Shown here piece by piece: positions 34,241 to 53,769 of a stretch of DNA of 64,000 nt. The translations under genes and the position numbers were made by a program. This DNA is from the human T2T-CHM13v2.0 reference genome, Homo sapiens. The notes beneath the pieces are model-generated. The model saw only the letters and a program-made list of their open reading frames with translations. It made no database searches and was not told the origin of the DNA. The stretch is taken from the NCBI RefSeq assembly GCF_009914755.1, contig NC_060935.1. One strand, given 5' to 3'. Positions within the stretch are counted from its first letter, which is position 1. Every line of letters begins with the position of its first letter.

Positions 34241-36842
34241 TAGTTTGAAATTTAAATGATAAAATACATACAATTGAGTATATACACATAAGTATTTAAT
34301 GTATGATGATGATTATTATTATTACAAGGACAAAATCTAGTGCATCTGATCTTAAGCTATGGTTTCATAGTAGGTGACTGTGAAGTGGTGGGGGGAGTCC
34401 TTGAAAGGAGAAACAAAAAATTCAGTGGGAACTTAGATAAGGAGAAGATGGAGAAGTCATTTTTTTTCCTAATCTGTTTAGCTCATTCTCTTATAATTAA
34501 ACTGCAAGATTATTCCTTCAACTACAAAATGGATAAATTATTCATTATATTGACTTGTTTGAAAAGATATCATAGTTTAAAATTGAATGAATTTCTCTTT
34601 AATATGATTTTCTGGCAAGATTAGATTCTAATGTGGATTAATATCCTAAATTGAGAGCTCTAATTGAACACTGTGGGAACCAAGCATGAGTCAAAGACAT
34701 CGTCCCTTTACAAGTGGCAGTCACCGAGGAAACGTTCACTTGTGTGTCAGAGGGACACCTAACATCAGCAAGAGTAACAGTAGCTGAGGCTGAATGAAGG
34801 CTTGCTGTGTTGGGTACGCATGTCAAGGGAGACGCAGGACGCTATTTGCCTCACATCTCCCTCATCTTGCAGTCATCGCCGTCCTGTGCCTTGGTGGAGT
34901 TTTTAGTGTATGCAGCTTCTGTGAACACAAGGACCTCCCCATCATGTCCATTGCACTCCCTCCATACCTAGCACAAGTGCATGGTCCGGAGTAGTGCCCA
35001 GTGAATATGTGTCAGGACAGTGGGGAAGGGAGGAGGACAATACCCTCTAACGGCCCCAGAGTCTGTGCCTTCTGGCCCAGATTCAGTCAGACTCCACCAA
35101 AGTCAGTCTCCAGGACTCTGTTTTCCAAGTTTGTTCAGCCCTTCCCCCTCAGCTAACCTGTTCGTCCCTTTGAGCCAAACTCACTGATTAGCATTCAGCT
35201 TCTTTCACTTTCAATCATGCCAGACCCGGTGTTTCATGCTTAACCGTTAGGGAAACATCCTGTCTTTTACCATGATTTTTGCAGGTGGCTAATATCATCA
35301 ATTATTTTACTCACTCAACTCTCAGAGGGTAATCACTTCTTTGATTCAAGTTTCAAGGCCATCTCACTGTGGGCTCCTATACATCACCGATTACACCGGG
35401 CAGAGTCAAGCAGAGGTGCTGGCCCTGTTCTTTACAGATTCATCTGGAAACTATGGTGCTGTTAATCTGCTCTGTGTTCATGCTAATAGTGTCTGTCTAT
35501 AATCAACCTCAATCTACCATTCACCACGCCAAAAAGATAAATGCCAGACTTCAGAAAATGAACTAAAGGCAGCCCTCAAACCCCAGAAAATCTCCTGTCC
35601 ACCCCTGCCAGGGCGCAAGATGTCCTGATTTAGGAGGTTGATCCCTCCTCTAATTCCTCCTTAGAATGTATTTCAAAATCAAAAGCCAATAGTTACATTT
35701 CTAAGCAACGGAGCAGACCAAAAATGTTTTGTTTGACACAGAAGCAATAGAAGCAAGACCATGTTTCTATTTTATGAAACCTCTGAGGGTAATTCACTGA
35801 AATCTTGACATTTAATATCACCCAATCACCTCTCTAGCAAGCTATTTTCTTTGGCTCCATTAACCCCACACACACAGACTGGGCTGCTGGCACTTACTGG
35901 GTCTTGTCGTTAGGTGGGCTGCTTTTAATACCAGGGCAGGATTTGGCAGGAAGAAGTGGCACCTGCTTTATTGAAAGACATCTTCATATTTTATCCTCTG
36001 AAAGAGAAATGTGCAACATAAATGTCCTTAAGAGACGATTATCGTACATCAAGATGTCCATTCCAAAAGGCATTGTACCAGATGCCCAATCACACACAGT
36101 CACCCAGAACAGACGTGACAGATGGAGACTTTGAGCTTTTAAAGAAAACAAATGTGCAAATTCCAAAGTGTCTGTGTGCTCCTGGCCAGCACATGCCCAG
36201 GTAATTTGAGTTGTGCCCATTGGCTGAAAGATAAGATTCAGGCCTCAGAGAGGGTTTGGGGAGAGGATGAGTACAGGTTTCTTGTTGCCCAGAGTCTCCA
36301 AATAGATACACACAGGATACACCACCTCAGCCCAGAGATATTTAAGCACTGAGTTAAAAGAAAGGATTGAGCATGCAGCATCAATTGATACATTAATGCT
36401 GGTTCTCTGGCATCAGGGAAGACATTAACATAGAGATCTTGTCTTCTCCACTGTTCAAAAATGGGAAGAATCATTCCAACAGGGAGAGCAGGGAAGTCCA
36501 AAATCCATAATGCTCAGGTACAAAGTAATGAAACCAGAAATCCAGGGTATTTTTGCTATTACTACCAAGGGCCTATCTTCGGTGTAATGGCAATCTTCTA
36601 AATCTCTGCATAGTTTGACACCTGCAAATCTGATTGAGTCTGATTGAACCATTTGCTGTCTAAAATCCTTGGGAGACCCCGATAACCTAGAGCTGTAGCT
36701 TTCAAATTGCTCCATGGGCTCGGGCCAAGGCTTCCACAGGGACTGAGGGAGGAAGGGTACAGCTCTTGGGCACATCCCCTTGGCTCCAGTCAGAAAAGTT
36801 ATTTCCTCTGTTTTACAAATTGAGCTTCCAAGTAAGATTTTC

Positions 36843-37164
<322 letters not shown>

Positions 37165-37207
37165 TAAAAACAAAGTATGTTTGAAAAGAAGGGGTCTGCA
37201 GGATTAA

Positions 37208-37529
<322 letters not shown>

Positions 37530-37559
37530 GATCCTCCCTATTCTTTATCCTGTCTTCCT

Positions 37560-37942
37560 CTTAGAAGTTCCCCAGCACACCCAGATAATCCAGTCATGTC
37601 CAGTGACTTCCTTCTCTCTATATCAAAGTTTCCTTCCGTTCCATTTGCCTGGAATGTTCTCCCTTTTCTCTTCTCTGCATGGTAAATCTGTATTCTTGTT
37701 TTAAGATTCAGTTCAAATTTTGCCTTCGGAGTACTCCCATTCCTGCTTAGCAGCAATTATCCATATTCCCACTGCATTTGTGCATGTGTTGACGCATATC
37801 GTATTATTACATGTGTCTGAATCTTGGATCAGTCTGCACACTCATAGAATATAGAGTCCCTGTCTTATTCTGTCCTCCTCCATCTTCCTCCAGGGCCTGG
37901 TATGCTGTGGGCACTCAATAAATATTTGATGGATGGATGCTT
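37560..37942 (+). mobile_element. L2 3' fragment
   Basis: tgcctggaatgttctccc ... gggcactcaataaatatttgatggatggat. Confidence 0.75.
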
Positions 37943-38695
37943 AGCTATTTAATTCACCACTAGATAGCAATTTGGCATATTCCCAAACAATTTTATTCAG
38001 AAGGAATTCAAAGAAATAGGCCCACATTCTCATAACCAACTCAAGCAGCTCTATGTTAACAAAGAATATAACTACTTCTAACTACTTCTGTTTAGGTCGG
38101 AGTTTTATTTTTTTAATAAAATTTATGATTGCAACAACATTAAAAGAGATATTGTATAGAGGTCACATGCTGAAAGCCCATGGACAATAACAGTCTTTTA
38201 AATTGGCATGGTTTGACCCTGCCAATCTGATTGGGTCATTTCTTCACTTAAAATTCTCACGAGACTTCCTGTTGTCTGTGGAGTTCAGAGGTTTCTAGGA
38301 CACCTCCAATGCTAAGGCCTCCACATGGAGGCCTGAATGGAAAGGAAGTGGCTCAGGGTCTCACACCTTTTGCTTCAGTCAAAGAGGTTCTACAGAATCA
38401 AAGTGTTTTTTGTCTTAATTTCTTTTTATTGGAATGGCTATGGCTGAGCCTGACTCTCCAGGTTTCCATAGTTCCCAACACTTGCTACTTTCCCCATCCA
38501 TCTTCACCTGCTTGATTCCTGATATTTGAGTTTGCAACTCAAAACTCACCCCTAACCCCAGCCCTCTAAAACCGTTTTCATTTTTATGAACCTATTTCCA
38601 GGCCCAGAGCACTATGCCTATTTTTATATATACTTGCAATTGTATTGCATATACAATTTTATATTCTGTTTTCTTCACTTAACACTGTATCATAA

Positions 38696-38993
<298 letters not shown>

Positions 38994-39159
38994 ATGGTTA
39001 CCTTTTTAAATGACAAGTTTTTAAGTTGGTTGGCTCTAATTTATTTAGGTCTTCTGTTATTGTTGTATCAACTTTTTATTTTTTTGCTCTTAGAAGTAAT
39101 AATTGTGTTGAAAATCTTCATACATATGAATTTTTTCTAACAATAAAAGTGTTCCTCAT

Positions 39160-40910
39160 ATTCCCATTCACAATTGCCACAAAAAATAAAATAAAATACC
39201 TAGGAATACAGCTAACTATGGAGGTGAAGAAACTCTACAAGGATAACTACAAAATACTACTCAAAGAAATCACAGATGACACAAACAAATGGAAAAACAT
39301 TCCATGCCCGTGGATAGGGAAGAGTCATTATTGTGAAAACAGCCACACTGCCCAAAGCAATTTATAGATTCAATGCAATTCCTATTAAACTACCACTGAG
39401 ACTCTTCACAGAACTAGAAAAAAACTATTTTAAAATTCATGTGAAACCAAAAAAGAGCCCAAATAGCAAAGGCAATTCTAAGCAAAAAGAACAAAGCTGG
39501 AGGCATCATGCTACCTGACTTCAAACTGTACTACAGGGCTACAGAAACCAAAAAAACATGGTACTGGTACAAAAACAGGCACATAGACCAGTGGAAGAGA
39601 ATAGAGAATTCAGAAATAAGACCACATGCCTACAACCATCTGATTTTCAACAACCCTGACAAAAATAAGCAATGGGGAAAGGATTTCCTATTCAATAAAT
39701 GGTGCTAGGATAACTGGATAGCCATATGCAGAAGATTGAAACTGGACCTCTTCATTACACCATATACAAAAATTAACTCAAGATGGATAAAAGACTTAAA
39801 TGTAAAGCCCAAAACTAACCTAGGCAATACCATTTAGGACATAGGCATAGTCAAAGATTTCATGACAAAGAAGCCAAAAGCAATTGCAACAAAAGCAAAA
39901 ATTGACAAATGGTTTCTAATTAGAGCTTCTGCACAGGAGAGGAAAGTATCAACAGAGTAAACAGACAACCTACGGAATAGGAGAAAAATTTTGCAAACTG
40001 TGCATCCAACAAAGGTCTAATATCCAGCGTCTATAAGGAACTTAAACAAATTTACAAGAAAAAAAACAAACAACCTCATTTAAAAGTGGGCAAATGACAT
40101 GAACAGATACTCTTCAAAAGAAGACATATGCGACTAACAACCATATGAAAAAAAACCTCAACCTCACTGATCATTAGAGAAATGCAAATCAAAACCACAG
40201 TGAGATACCATCTCACACCACTCAGAATAGCTATTATTAAAAAGTCAAAACATAACACATGCTGGCAAGGTTGTGGGACGCTTATACACTATTGGTGGGA
40301 GTGTAAATTTGTTCAACCATTGTGGAAGACAGTGTGGCAATTCCTCAAAGACCTAGAGACAGAAATGCCATTCAGCCCAGAAATCCCATTACTGGGTATA
40401 TACCCAAAAGAATATAAATCATTCTATTATAAAGACACACGTACACGTATGTTCACTGTAGCACTATTAACAATAGCAAAGACATGGAATCAACCTAAAT
40501 GCCCATCAGTGGTAGACTGGATAAGGAAAGTGTGGTACATATGTACCATAGAATACTATGCATCCATAAAAAAGAATGAGATCATGTCCTTTGCAGGGAC
40601 ATGGATGGAGCTGGAGGCCATTATCCATAGCAAACTAACACAGGAACAGAAAACCAAATATCACATGTTCTCCCTTATAAATGGGAACTAAGTGATGAGA
40701 ACACATGGACACATAGAGGGGAACAATGCATGCTGGGGCCTATTGGAAGGTGAAAGGTGGGAGGAGGGAGAGTATCAGGAAAAATAACTAATGGGTACTG
40801 GGCTTAATACCTGGTTGATGAAATAATCTGTATAACAAACGCCAGTGACACAAGTTTACCTATGTAACAAACCTGCACATGTACCCCTGAACTTAAAAGT
40901 TAAAAAAAAA
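39160..40910 (+). mobile_element. L1PA13-15-like 5'-truncated LINE-1 (3' ORF2 remnant + 3'UTR)
   Basis: ORF2 C-terminal peptides ([30 protein letters not shown]); 3'UTR gcttaatacctgg.tgatgaaataatctgta; TSD aaaagt(t)gttcctcat. Confidence 0.92.
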
Positions 40911-41810
40911 AAGTTGTTCCTCATTTTAGCACATTCCTTATACGTTATTGATTGTATTATTTTGATGCAAATATATTTCAATATGTTTTTCTTTTCACTT
41001 CTCATATTTTTATGATTAAAATATGTTAAATGTTACCCAGATGAATCTTTTGATCACTTCCATTGTTATTTCTTCTATTGCTTCAAGCTAGTGAGAGTTC
41101 TTCATAGTTCATTACTAATAGCTCCCAAGATCTCATGCAATCTTCATTCTCTTTTCCTTTGATTGCTCTATGTATTTAAAAAGTATGCATTTAACTCTTT
41201 AACTCATCTGAGCATATTTGGCACATGTTTAATAAATGGTTTTTACATTGATCATATCATTATTATTAAATAACTTCTCCTTTGCCCATTGTTTATTGTA
41301 CTTCATATAACCAAATTGTCATGTATAAATAGGTGTATTTCAGTGCTGCTAATTCTCCTCTACTGTTCTATATGCCTGGTTTTGTGAGTACTTTATTAAT
41401 TATTATTGCTTCATAATATGTATAGAATTTATAGTACTGTAGTACTAGTCTTCCCCAATTGAAGGTCTTCATTTTTCAAAATATCATTTTATATTCTTGG
41501 CATTTTGTTTGCCTCATAAGTGTTAAAATTGCTTTGTCAAGTTATAAAAATAAGTGGCGATTCTGATTTAAAATATATCAGCTTCTTAAGTCATTGCATA
41601 CATTCTAAGCATCTTATTTTTGTTGTTGTTGTTGTTTTCGTTTTCTTATGGAGAGAGAGAGAAAGGGAGAAGTTACCCATAGTTGCATAGTTGCACCATT
41701 GCCTGAGATATCCTGATGCAACTTTGTTATTGACAGCTCACAGAATGGAGCAAGGTTTTTTGAGGCCCAAAGCTTATATGAGTGAGAGGAGACTTCTTTA
41801 AGAAAAATAA

Positions 41811-44192
<2,382 letters not shown>

Positions 44193-45044
44193 TAGTTTTC
44201 TAGGGGTTTACTGCTTGTGTATAATAATGTATATAGTAATGTAGTATATATGAAAACATGGTGTATAGTAATATATTGGGCATAGTAATGCTACTGACCT
44301 TTGAATTTTAATACCAAACTGTCCTCTTTCTAAACTGGTTGATTTAGTTCCAGGTGTACAGCAAATTCTTTGTAAATATTTTTTCTTCTTTCCCAGTAAT
44401 TATTGTCCTTTAAGTCTTTTGCAGTTTGTCTAAAGCAATATTATGTTATAATAGTAGCTATATTATTTTCAGGGGCCAATTTTTGAAAAAAAAAGCTTTT
44501 AATCTTAATCCATTATTGGTTCATTATTTAAAATAGGTATCTTTATCAAGTTAAGGTAGTAAATAGTATCACTCCAAGTAAAGGTTTTATCAATTTTTCT
44601 TTTGACATATATTGAAATAGATTATGTCATCTAATGTTAATATAATGTTAGTCTTTTATTGATTTTTTTTTTTGCATTTCTTTAGTAACCTTCCTTAAGA
44701 TCAAATTTGTCACACAGAATAATTAGATGGAGTCCGGCCTTGTCTGTGCTTTGATGCAGTCAGCATAGCTTGGGAATTATCTGTTCCTTGTGAGCTTGGA
44801 GGAATCCATTAGATCTGTATGCCTTGCTTTTTGGGGATATTCTGAATTTTTAAAAAATTTCTACCTCCATTACTGCTTTAATAGGGTTTCCTACCTCATT
44901 GCGTCATTTTTAAATATAAGATTGAATTAAAATCATATATGTTTATTATAAAATATCATCCATTTGTTCAGGTTTTCAGTCAGTTAGCATATAATTAGAC
45001 ATAGTATTCCATATAAGTGGTTTAATTCCTTTTGCTACTGAATA

Positions 45045-45235
45045 TATTGAGTCAGACCTGAATTCTCATCCAGGTTCCACCACTGATTCATGTGACTTTA
45101 ACCAAGTAACTTGACTTCTATCATCATTTCCCTATAAATAGGGGTCATATTACTTAGAGTATAGGATTGCTGTGAGGATTACAGATGATGTATATGAAGT
45201 TCTTAGCACAGTGCCTGTCCTCACTAAGTAGAAGA
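45045..45235 (+). mobile_element. MIR SINE
   Basis: gagtcagacctgaatt..tgtgactttaaccaagtaacttgac..gttcttagcacagtgcctg. Confidence 0.8.
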
Positions 45236-46122
45236 TATTACACTGTTCTCTTTCCTAATGCTGTTTGTCTCCTTTTTTGCTGTTCTTTAATTATATTTGC
45301 ATGGGTTGTCTATTTTTCATAGTCTTTCCAGTATTTTCAGAAGCAACATATAAGCAATGGGGAGCCACTGAAGGAAAGAGTACCAACTCTGATAATCGAA
45401 TGTCTGAGCATCATTTGTGGGTGGATCATCAAAAGATGGGTCTATGCTGTGAGAAATGACAGAATTGACAAGAGGCCATCTAGACTCTTCTTGCCAAGCA
45501 AAATGTGGAAGTGTAGTCCTTATATTCATAGTCAGTAAACACAGTCTCCAGAGCTTGGGAGAGACTCTTTTAAGGGCTTCTGAGAGTGGGAAATTGACCA
45601 GGCCCCCAGTTGTCCTGTGCCTGCATCCAAGCCTTTAGGGCCTGGAAACAGAGATGCTGACAAACACCATGACCCAGACTGAACCCAGCTTTTCAATGGG
45701 ACAACAAAATGAGCTTTGTTCATCCTTTTGAAATGGAGCCCAATTATGTTTGATTAATAAATGAAACTCTGTGTCCAAATAGGAGAGACACTGTAGAAAA
45801 AATGGTCAGAAAACACTTTGTGTAAGAAAAGGCTGATGAAGTTTTCATCAGAGGGCTTTCATTTGCCTGGAGCTAGTCTCAGACAGAGAGAAATGTTCAG
45901 CTTCCAAATCCTTCTCTTGTTTCTCATTCCTTTTTTTTTTTTCTTAAATATGTTTAACTCTCCTGCTTAAGATTTATTTTGGGCTCCTTAGCGATGGATT
46001 TGTGTTTATTGTGTCATTTAAAGAAAAATGCACTATTAAAAACACTCCTAATCCATTTATAAATGTCAACAGAAAAACAAGTCAAAGGTTGACAATAGTA
46101 ATTAATCAAACGATATTTATTG

Positions 46123-46161
46123 AGCACTTTCTATGTACAAAGCACTTTCTATGTACAAAGC
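46123..46161. repeat. Perfect 18-bp tandem duplication (agcactttctatgtacaa x2 + agc) inside an L2 tail
   Basis: Direct reading; minus-strand L2 at ~46100-46450. Confidence 0.95.
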
Positions 46162-46976
46162 TATATGCTATTAAGTAAGAATAGGAAACAGTCTCCAGCC
46201 TCAAGAGTCCTTCAGTTGAGCTGAGGAAATAGCCAAATAATTGACTAGCTATAATACAAGGGAAATGGAAATAAATATTAAAGTCAGTACATAAGCCACA
46301 CTGTACTGAAGTACATATCCCAGGGATGGATTAGCAAGGACTTCATGAGCAAGTTGCATTTGGGTTGCATCTTGAAATGTAAGCAGGCTTTTTTATAAGG
46401 ATGTGTTCTCTTAGATTTTTAGGTGAGCCAGCCAATGCACCTATGTATTATGCCCCAGATGTCAGCAAACACAAGCAACTATTCTAAGCTAGTCCATCAA
46501 ACCCATGTGTGCACACAAGCACACAATCATGTTGTTCCCAGGTCACCTATGGTTACTTTCCTATTCCTCATTGCATTTGTCCCATCCAAATGCTTACTCC
46601 CAAACATGCCTCTGAACCTCTTCAATTTGATGACCTCCAAAGCTTAGCTTCTTAAATCTGGTCCTTTTTACGTGGTTTTTGGTTTTGCTTCCTTCCTTAA
46701 GTTTTAGCCTTTCACTCCATGTTGTCCTGGGGAAAGAACTCTCGGCTCTGGTCCTCTGCGCGTAGGGCCCCCATCCCTAGCCGGATCAAATCTTGGAATG
46801 AGGAAGCGTTGGAAGAATTCCCTGTGTTATCCACCCAGGAGTTGTGTAGGTAATACAGGTTCTCCTCCACTCCCTGGCCCCAAGTAAGATGATGCTTCAG
46901 AATAAAAACATGCCCTTGCATAGATAGGTGGTTCCCTTCACAGCTGGCTCCTTACCAGAATGGAGAACAGTCCTGC

Positions 46977-47112
46977 TAGCATGGGGTTCAGAGTCTTCCT
47001 GTGTGTGCATCTTTCCAAAGATATTAAGAGGAGAAAAAGATCCAAGTGAATTTCCAGGTTTCTCCAACACTTTAAACTATACATTTGATATTCTTAACCA
47101 ACTTGATGAACA
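46977..47112 (+). repeat. Inverted repeat, arm A (partner 48599-48734)
   Basis: 136 bp, 130/136 identical to the reverse complement of 48599-48734, no indels. Confidence 0.97.
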
Positions 47113-47399
47113 TGTTGGCCTGTCTGTTCCACACACCAAGGAGGTAAAGAGAAGGCAAGTGAGATGATGAGCCATGGAATTCCAACTGCTATGTCAGTCA
47201 TCAGGCTAGAAAAATGGGAGGCTGTGCATTAATTTCAAGAGAGCCTCGGAGAACTGTCTCAGGATAAATCAGCCAGAGTGACTGGAACATTGTACCATTT
47301 TCAACTGGCAAATTTATTAATGAAGTAAGAGTACAGTCTCAAGCCAACTCCTCTTGCCCCTGTAACAAACTCCCCCTGTGAGAGAGGATGAAGGGGATG

Positions 47400-48598
<1,199 letters not shown>

Positions 48599-48734
48599 TG
48601 TTCATCAAGGTGGTTAAGAATATCAAATGTATAGTTTGAAGTGTTGGAGAAAATTGGAAATTCACTTGGATCTTTTTCTCCTCTTAATATCTTTGGAAAG
48701 ATGCACATACAGGAAGCCTCTGAACCCCATGCTA
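48599..48734 (-). repeat. Inverted repeat, arm B (partner 46977-47112)
   Basis: See arm A; the ORF track shows near-identical peptides on opposite strands. Confidence 0.97.
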
Positions 48735-49042
48735 CAAAAGAAATAGGTAGTGTTGGAGGAGATTCAACTCTAGACAATGAAGTTGGCATCTGTGGTGGTT
48801 TATGAATCAACCCTGTACCTGCAAAGGGTTTTCACATCTGGGGCTGGGTGGTAAATCATAGGGTGCTCTGAACAGATCTTTAAGTATTGGGCTATTCACA
48901 AAACAGAAGCAAACAATGTGCAGATGCCTCCCCCCATGAGGAGTAGCTGCCTATTTGAATCTCTCACTGGATGGTAATGGAAATGATCAGTTGGGTTCAC
49001 TTGGTAGGGTACTCCTTAGAAATAGCTAATGAGGTTTCTTAT

Positions 49043-49385
49043 TGTCTTAGTCTGTTTTTTGTTTCTATAACAGAATACCACAGTTAGCTTCATAGTTCTG
49101 GAGGCTGGGAATACCAAGAGCATGGTGCCAGTATCTGAGGAAGGTCATCCCATGGCAGAAGGCAGAAGGCAGAAGTGATTGATTACATGAAACATAGAGG
49201 CACCAGGGGCTGAACTTACTCTACAACAACCCACTCTTCAAATAACTAGCCCACTCCTACAATAACAACATTAATCCATTCACAACCCAAATTACCTGTT
49301 ATTGGACCCCACCTCCCAACAAGGTTGCATTGGAAATTAAGTTTCCAACACATGAATTTTGGGGGAACACATTCAAACCATAACA
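49043..49385 (-). mobile_element. MST-family (MSTC-like) solo LTR
   Basis: tgtcttagtctgttt..ctataacagaataccacag ... acacattcaaaccataaca. Confidence 0.85.
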
Positions 49386-50149
49386 TTTACTCTGAACTTC
49401 ACAAAGACCACAAAAGAATTAGTTGATAAAGAATGAGCTAAATAGTTGACTAAATGGTTTAGCAATCATAAATATAAAGCAGCATAACTATTGTGTTAAA
49501 AGCATTACTATGAGGCAGATATAGCAACAGCATCAGCCTGATCTAACCAAACAATGCCATCTCAGTAGGATACTGGTGAAGCCATTCCCTAGGAGAAGGT
49601 GGCGTGCGTCATAGGTGTTTGCTGGACTTTCTTCTGCCTTATTCCTGGTTCAGAGAAACTCAGTGATCCATTTTTCATCCCACTCCAAAGCAGATCAGAT
49701 GGTTGTCTTGCTTGTATCAGAGCTAATGCTTCCGTGGGGAGAGCTCTCTGTTTCTGCCTGCAAGTGCTCACAGTTCGGTTGTTTCAGCCAGCACCAACAT
49801 TTGTTTCTTAGATCTAAAAGTAGCCCTATTCCTGTCTGCTTTATATATTGGAGTTCTGAGTATACTTTTGTTTAACAAAATGTGTTCTATTACGTAAAGA
49901 AAAAAAAAGATTGATAGCTATTAGCTTAGGAGGCTTCTAGAACTCAGTGCACAGCCAGCTCTTGCTCTCTCATATATTTTTACAAATATCTTCAAGAAAC
50001 AAATGGCCTTTCCACTGGCTCTTGAGGGATAATTTTAATAATATATTTGCAGAAATATTTGAAATGGAATAAGGGTATTATGACTGTAGACTTCACTTAT
50101 TTATTGTTGAATCTTGTAGCTTCTGTATTAAAAAGAAAGAAAAAACACT

Positions 50150-50390
50150 TTTATTGAAGACAGTATGTCAGAAAAAACATGGATTTTTTTTTTTTACTCA
50201 AAAAGACTTGTGTTTAAATATAATTTGTGCCACTTATTAGCTCTGTGATCTTAGGCAAAATATTGAGATCTCTGAGTCTCCATTTTTTCATGTATAAAAT
50301 AAAAATAATAACAATTCCTGTAATATACTGCTATTATAAGGATAGTTAGCTAATTTATGTGAAGTGCCAAGCACAGTGCCTAATAGTATT
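50150..50390 (+). mobile_element. MIR SINE
   Basis: ccacttattagctctgtgatcttaggcaa..gtgaagtgccaagcacagtgcct. Confidence 0.8.
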
Positions 50391-50439
50391 TGTAACTACT
50401 ATTTATTGAACCCTTACTATGTGGCAGACACTGTCTAGG

Positions 50440-50596
50440 TCAATGGTTCTCCCTTGGGGACTTGTTAGAACTGCAAATTCTTTATCAGGCCCCAGCCTTC
50501 ACCTACTGAATCAGAAACCCTGGGGGTAGGGCTCAGCCGTCTGTTTTATAAGCCCTCCTGGTGATTCTGATACACACTAAAGTTTGCAAACCACTG
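50440..50596. mobile_element. MER5A hAT-Charlie MITE
   Basis: caatggttctc..acctactgaatcagaa..ggtgattctgata..aagtttgcaaaccactg. Confidence 0.85.
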
Positions 50597-50859
50597 TTCT
50601 GAGTGTCCAAGAAATTGAATGTATGATTATCATATTCATATTACACTACAGCTAATAATTTGTGCTGAAACAAATATAGATATGTCCTCTTCTATTTTGT
50701 TTGATGACAGCCCTAGATTTTTCCCACCTTAGTCATATCTGTGACCATTCCTTACAAGGAGATAGGCGACCTGGAAAACCCAAATATCATACCTCCTTCT
50801 CCCTCCCGAGTCCTCTCTTCCTCCCCTAGCGGGTCTGCATCCTGTCTGTGTCAAGCAGT

Positions 50860-51092
50860 TTATGAAATACCTGGTGAGAACTCAGCCACTCCAGAAAGAA
50901 TGAATAGCTCCTCCTGAATGCAGCTCCAGCACCTGGAGTCAGTATCTCCCTGACTTACCATTATGTGTTCCCATTGGTCCCCCTGATAAAATATGATCTC
51001 CCTGAGGGCAGGAACAACATCCTAATGATTTCTGTGTCCCCAGCACCCAGTACACTTAATAGACACCTAATAAATGAGTGGTGAATGAATGA
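50860..51092 (+). mobile_element. L2 3' end
   Basis: ctccctgagggcaggaac..gtgtccccagcacccag..taataaatg..tgaatgaatgaa. Confidence 0.8.
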
Positions 51093-52352
51093 AGTGTCAG
51101 CCCCAAATCAGAGGGACATTTGTTCCTGGAGCATTCAGGTGTTAGGCATACCCTAGCAGCCAGTATATTTCTAGTCATGGTGACAAGTAGGCAACGGGAT
51201 TGCCTAGAGACCCATGAAATGTTATCTGAGCCATGTCTTCATTCATCCATAGGATCAGTTCTGTGCCACAAGGAAAGCTGTGTGACAGTCTCATGGCAGA
51301 TCAGACCCACATTAGGAACAGCCTAGAAAAGCAAACTGCAAATATCCATTTCTTTTCTCTGTCATAATTTGTTTTCCCAGTTGCTGGCGAGGTTGAAATT
51401 AGCTCTGTCTGTTGACAATTTGGATACAATAACCTTTCTGTTTCGTGAATTCTGAACAGTGAAGGACTGAATTCTGCTCTGGGCTGCAGAAAAATAACAA
51501 AGCACTCAGTAGGATAGATGGGAATGGAGCACGGACTTAGCTGAGGAAGAATTTGGCCCTGCTCTGGAGCTCTCTTTGAATTTATTATTCCTGCCTTCCA
51601 TGTCTTTTCATGCTAGGTGGGTGTAGAAAGCCATCCTGCTCACCACTTTGTCCCCCACCCACTGCCACCTATGCTGTCAGCCATTCATCTAACCCACTTA
51701 GAAGAACCAGAATGAATATAGATTTCTTCTTTCACACATTAATTTATGGAGCCTTCCTATTTCTTCTCATTGCAATGTTCCTACCTGCTGCAGTCACATT
51801 CAATTTTATTGAAAAGCAGCAGGGAATTCATCCTTTGCTGGAAAACTTTGACAATTAAATTCAAACTATAAGGAAAAAGTTATCCTAGTTTCAGTCTCTC
51901 TTTAAATCAAAGTGTAGACAGTATGTAGTGGGTTATGGTGAAAGGCCCCCATAATGAGGAGAGCAGGTACCCTCTAAGAGTTGAGGGGAAAAATCGATGC
52001 AGATGATATGAGTTAAACCACATACAGAAGTGACCCTGAGATCTGGATTTTAAGTGGATGATGGCCAAATTCCAATCACAACTGGTATGAATCCTCTAAA
52101 GTTGAATGTTTGTCATAAAACTGCCACCTATTTGGGTCATATTGTAGCCTGCTTGAAGAAAGATCTAACTAGGAGAGGGTGGTCTGCATGACCTCTAGAA
52201 AGACAGGAGTTTGTCGGGGTCTTCTGTGCAGTCCAAGAAGATAGCATGACCAGATGACATGATGTGTTTATCTGCAAGCCAGATCTATTCCCATAATGGG
52301 AGGTAAATGCATTTGACTTAGATAGCTCCATGATGTCCATAAAAACCATTCA

Positions 52353-52688
<336 letters not shown>

Positions 52689-53769
52689 TTACATAAAGTC
52701 CACTTGGCATTCCTGTTTCTCACTGTTGGGCATGTCTTCTACATCTTGAAAGTTTGGGTAGTGTGAGCCAGTTCCTCTGGTTGAACCCTTCTGCACATAC
52801 CATCAAATTCAAGATCTGGACCAGGAAATAATAGGACCACACTCCGGACATGGTTCAGTAAACATCCTAGGTAACAAAACTCTTGAATTCAACTGTGAGA
52901 AGGTGATTTTTCTTCCCTATCTCTGTCTTCAGAAGACCAGCGTTAAAGTTGACTGATAATCACAGCCTTTTTTAAAAAAATTCTTACTAAGGTGACATTG
53001 TTAGGCTGTTTTGGGCAATCCTTTGAAGTGGTTTTTCCTCCCAAATTTTCTAATTTTTGTTCATTATATATTTGAAAAGAAATTCAAATTGCCTGATAAT
53101 AGAAAATGAAAACATGACAAGCTATAAACTCTGACCTTAAAAGCATCTCTAATATAGCATCATAAAATATAATTAGAAATCCATTTCAACATCACATTAC
53201 AGATCTATGACTTACAGGTAATTTCTGTCATTTAAATATGAGGGTGAGCTGATGGCTGAATTGGATTCTTAGGAGAAAAACAATTTCTTCTGCATTAGGA
53301 GTTATTAGTTTAATTGAATAATATCTGGATCATACTGGTGGTAATGTTAATGTTATTACCCATTATCTTGGTGATGGTCACACCACTGTTTCCAGGAAAA
53401 ATATAGCCCATTAACTGAACAGAAGGATTAAAATAGGAACAAAGTGGCAAGCTTTTCATGGCTTATTATGCCAGGGTCAGGACAAAGGAATGGCCCTGAC
53501 CTTGAAATGGGACAGAGGACCCAGCCTGAGCTAAATGCCTCAAAGAATTCCAAGGGAAGTCCTTTCAGGCATGACAGAGTGCATTTGGTTTCCTCAGCAT
53601 GTCGTTCTGAACATTTCTACTCATTAATTTATTCATTTATTCACTTACTCGTTCATTCATTCAACCAGCCCATTCATTTATTCAACCAACATATTTTGTG
53701 CATCCTCCTGAAACCATGAATGGTGATAGATCATGGAGAGACAAAGATGACTTAGTCAAGGAGAGAGGG

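Noticed and set aside
45832-45852. 8-bp hairpins here and at ~28519-28539
   Set aside because: Stems this short are expected by chance in 64 kb.
46712-46921. Protein-like 69-aa minus-strand ORF in a locally CpG-richer patch
   Set aside because: No family recognised, no convincing splice sites on that strand, and only ~5 CpGs, so not a CpG island.
53203-53217. 15-nt microexon (ag|ATCTATGACTTACAG|gtaatt)
   Set aside because: Weak polypyrimidine tract, no upstream UGC motif and no host gene evident; expected by chance.
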